From: Camelus dromedarius
Taxonomy: Eukaryota
Assembly: GCF_036321535.1 (NCBI RefSeq)
Contig: NC_087436.1
Coordinates: forward strand, 116,996,001 to 117,060,000
Direction: 5' to 3'
Length of the DNA: 64,000 nt
The notes beneath the pieces were generated by a model. It did not search any database and was not told where the DNA came from. It saw only the letters and a program-made list of their open reading frames with translations. Below, in pieces: positions 61,699 through 64,000 of this stretch. The position numbers and the translations under genes were made by a program. Position 1 is the stretch's first letter. Each line of letters begins with the position of its first letter.

Positions 61699-63878
61699 CA
61701 CACATACCTCGTCTATGTTGGGCCTCACTTTACAGACTGCTATTTTCCCCTCAAATTAAAGGTTTGCGGCAAGCCTGCATCCGTAAGTGTCAGGGCCATT
61801 TTCCCAGCACGTGCTCGCTGCATGTTTGTCACAATTTTGGTATTCTCACATGTTTCAAACTTTCATTACTATTTGTTATGCTAATCTGATCAATGATCTT
61901 TGATGTTACTCTTGTTTGGAGCACCATGAACTGCACCCCCATAAATGGGTCCTGACTCCCCAACTCACCATTCTACCTTCTCTCCCTTTCTTTGTGCTTC
62001 CCTGTTTCCAGAGACACAACATCAGGCCAGTGAATAACCCCACAATGGCCTCCAAGTATTCGAGTGAAAGAAGAGTGGCATGTCTCTCACTTTACATCAG
62101 AAGCTAGAAATGACTAAGCTTAGTAAGGAAGGCACTTCAAAGGCCGAGATAGGCTGAAAGCAGCCTCTTTTGCCAAAGAGCCAAGTGGTGAGTGCAGAGG
62201 AAAAGTTCTTGAGGGAAACTGGAAGTGCTAATCCAGTGAACAAAGTTAAAAAGCCTTATTTGGCTGAAATGGAGAACGCTGGAATGGTCTGGATAGAACA
62301 AGCCAGCCACAACTTTCCCGTGGGCCAAAGCCTAATCCAGAGAAAGACCCTAACTCTCTGAAGCCAGAGGGGAGGAAGCTGCAGAAAAAGTTGGAACCAA
62401 CAGAAAGAGAGGTTGGCTCATAAGGTTTCAGGGAAGGAGCCATGTCCAAACTTCAGTGGCAGGTGAAGCAGCAAGCGCTGATGTAAAAGCCACACAGCAA
62501 GTTTTCCGGAAGATCCAGCAATGATTATCCACGAAGATTCACTACACTAAACAAGAGATTTTCTTCAATGCAGAAAAGCAGCCTCATATTGGAGAATCTC
62601 ATAGCTGAAGAGGAGAAGTCAGTATCTGGCTTGAGTTTCAAAAGACACATTGACTCTTGTTAGGGGCTAATGCAGCTGAGGACTAAGTTGAATCCAATGT
62701 TCATTTACCCTTCCAAAAATCCTAGGGCTCTTGACCATGTTAAATTGACTGCCTGTGTGCTATAAAGGCCACAAAGCCCAAATGACAGCACATTTGTTAA
62801 CAGGGTTTACTGAATATTTTAAGCCCATTGTTGATACCTACCACTCAGAAAGGCTCCTTTCAAAATATTATTGCCCATTGACAATGCACCTGTCACCCAA
62901 GAGCCCCGGTAGTGGTGTATGAGATGTGTGTTTTCATGTCCACTCACAACACCCATTCTGTAGACATGGACCATGGAGTAATTTGACTTTCAAGTCTTAT
63001 TATTTGATAAACACATTTCATAAGGCTATAGCTGCCTCTGATTCCTCTGAATCTCGGCAAAGTCAACTGAAAAGCTTCTAGAAAGGATTCACTCTTCCAG
63101 ATGCCATGAAGAACATTTGTCATTCGTGGGAAGAGATCAAAGTAAACATTCACACGTGTCTGAAAGTTGATTCCAACTCTCCTGGATAACTTTGAGGGGT
63201 TCAAGACTTCAGTAGAGAAGTACCTACAGATGTAGTAGAAATAGCAAGAGAACTAGAATTAGAAGCAGAGCCTGGAGATGTGACCAAATCACTGCAATCT
63301 CCTGATAAAATAGATGAGAAGTTGCTTCTTAGGGATGAGTGGAGAAAGGATCTGCTCCTGGTGAAGATGCAGTGAAGATGCTGTGAATACTGTTGAAATG
63401 ACGAAGAATTTAGAATATTATGTAAATTTAGTCAAAGCAGCAGCAGGGTTTGAAAGACTGAATCAGATTTTCAGTTCTACCATGGGTAAAATGCTATCAA
63501 ATAGCATTGCATCCTACAGAGAAATTGTGAAAGGAAGAGTCCATGTGGCCAACTTCATTGTTGAATTATTTTAAGAAATTGCCAAAACTACCCCCCAACC
63601 TTCAGCAACCACCACCCTAAGTCAGCAGCCATCAACATCAAGCCAAGATCCTCCACCAGCAAAAAGATTGCAACTCACTGAAGGCTCAGGTGATGGTTAG
63701 CAATTCTTAGCAAGAAGTATCTCAGGTATGGACATTTAGACATGCTGTTGCACACACAGGCTACAGTATAGTGTAAACTTTCATATGCACTGAGTAACTG
63801 AAAAGTTCATGTGGCACTGGTTCACTTCGTTGGTGGTGGTGTCTGGAATAGAACATGCAGTATCTCCAGGTGTGCCTG
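61699..63878 (+). mobile_element. Near full-length Tigger1 DNA transposon with decayed transposase
   Basis: Ends CACACATACCTCG... and ...CAGGTGTGCCTG-TA; peptides MASKYSSER, VWIEQASHNFPVGQSLIQRK and [20 protein letters not shown] match the Tigger1 transposase. Confidence 0.93.
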
Positions 63879-64000
63879 TAATGGCTTTAGAACTGCCCCA
63901 CCACCCTTCTCCAGGAGAGGAATCTTCTCCAGGATTCCTCTAAGAATGTAAAACTTTTAGCAGTTAGTCCAAAGAACTTCTAGAAGTGTGATAAAAAGCA

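Noticed and set aside
1..64000. Prokaryotic systems (CRISPR arrays, operons, rRNA/tRNA genes)
   Set aside because: Sequence is clearly mammalian; no repeat-spacer arrays or structural RNA genes seen.

Overview
Mammalian, gene-poor, repeat-dense genomic DNA. The L1 3' tails are of cetartiodactyl type and I recognise no lineage SINEs, so a camelid is plausible (inference). I find no intact protein-coding gene. The only recognisable protein motifs are decayed L1 ORF1/ORF2, class I ERV gag/pol, ERVL-type remnants and a Tigger1 transposase. The main structure is an old tandem duplication in three copies (1-3607; 3608-9690 plus 29955-31250; 31251-38683), roughly 80-85% identical by eye. Two non-repeat islands inside the unit are far more similar than their flanks: a ~290-bp exon/promoter-like core (211/211 identical between copies 1 and 2, 7 mismatches in 292 between copies 2 and 3) and a ~160-bp hairpin-rich block (7 mismatches in 158). 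Structural markers group copies 1+3 while the core groups copies 1+2, which points to gene conversion and/or selection on a repeated non-coding element. Also present: an ORF1-only (HAL1-like) L1 with a perfect 16-bp TSD, several solo LTRs with TSDs, four co-oriented CTCF-like motifs and a near full-length Tigger1. Repeat family names come from recognition by eye and most boundaries are approximate.
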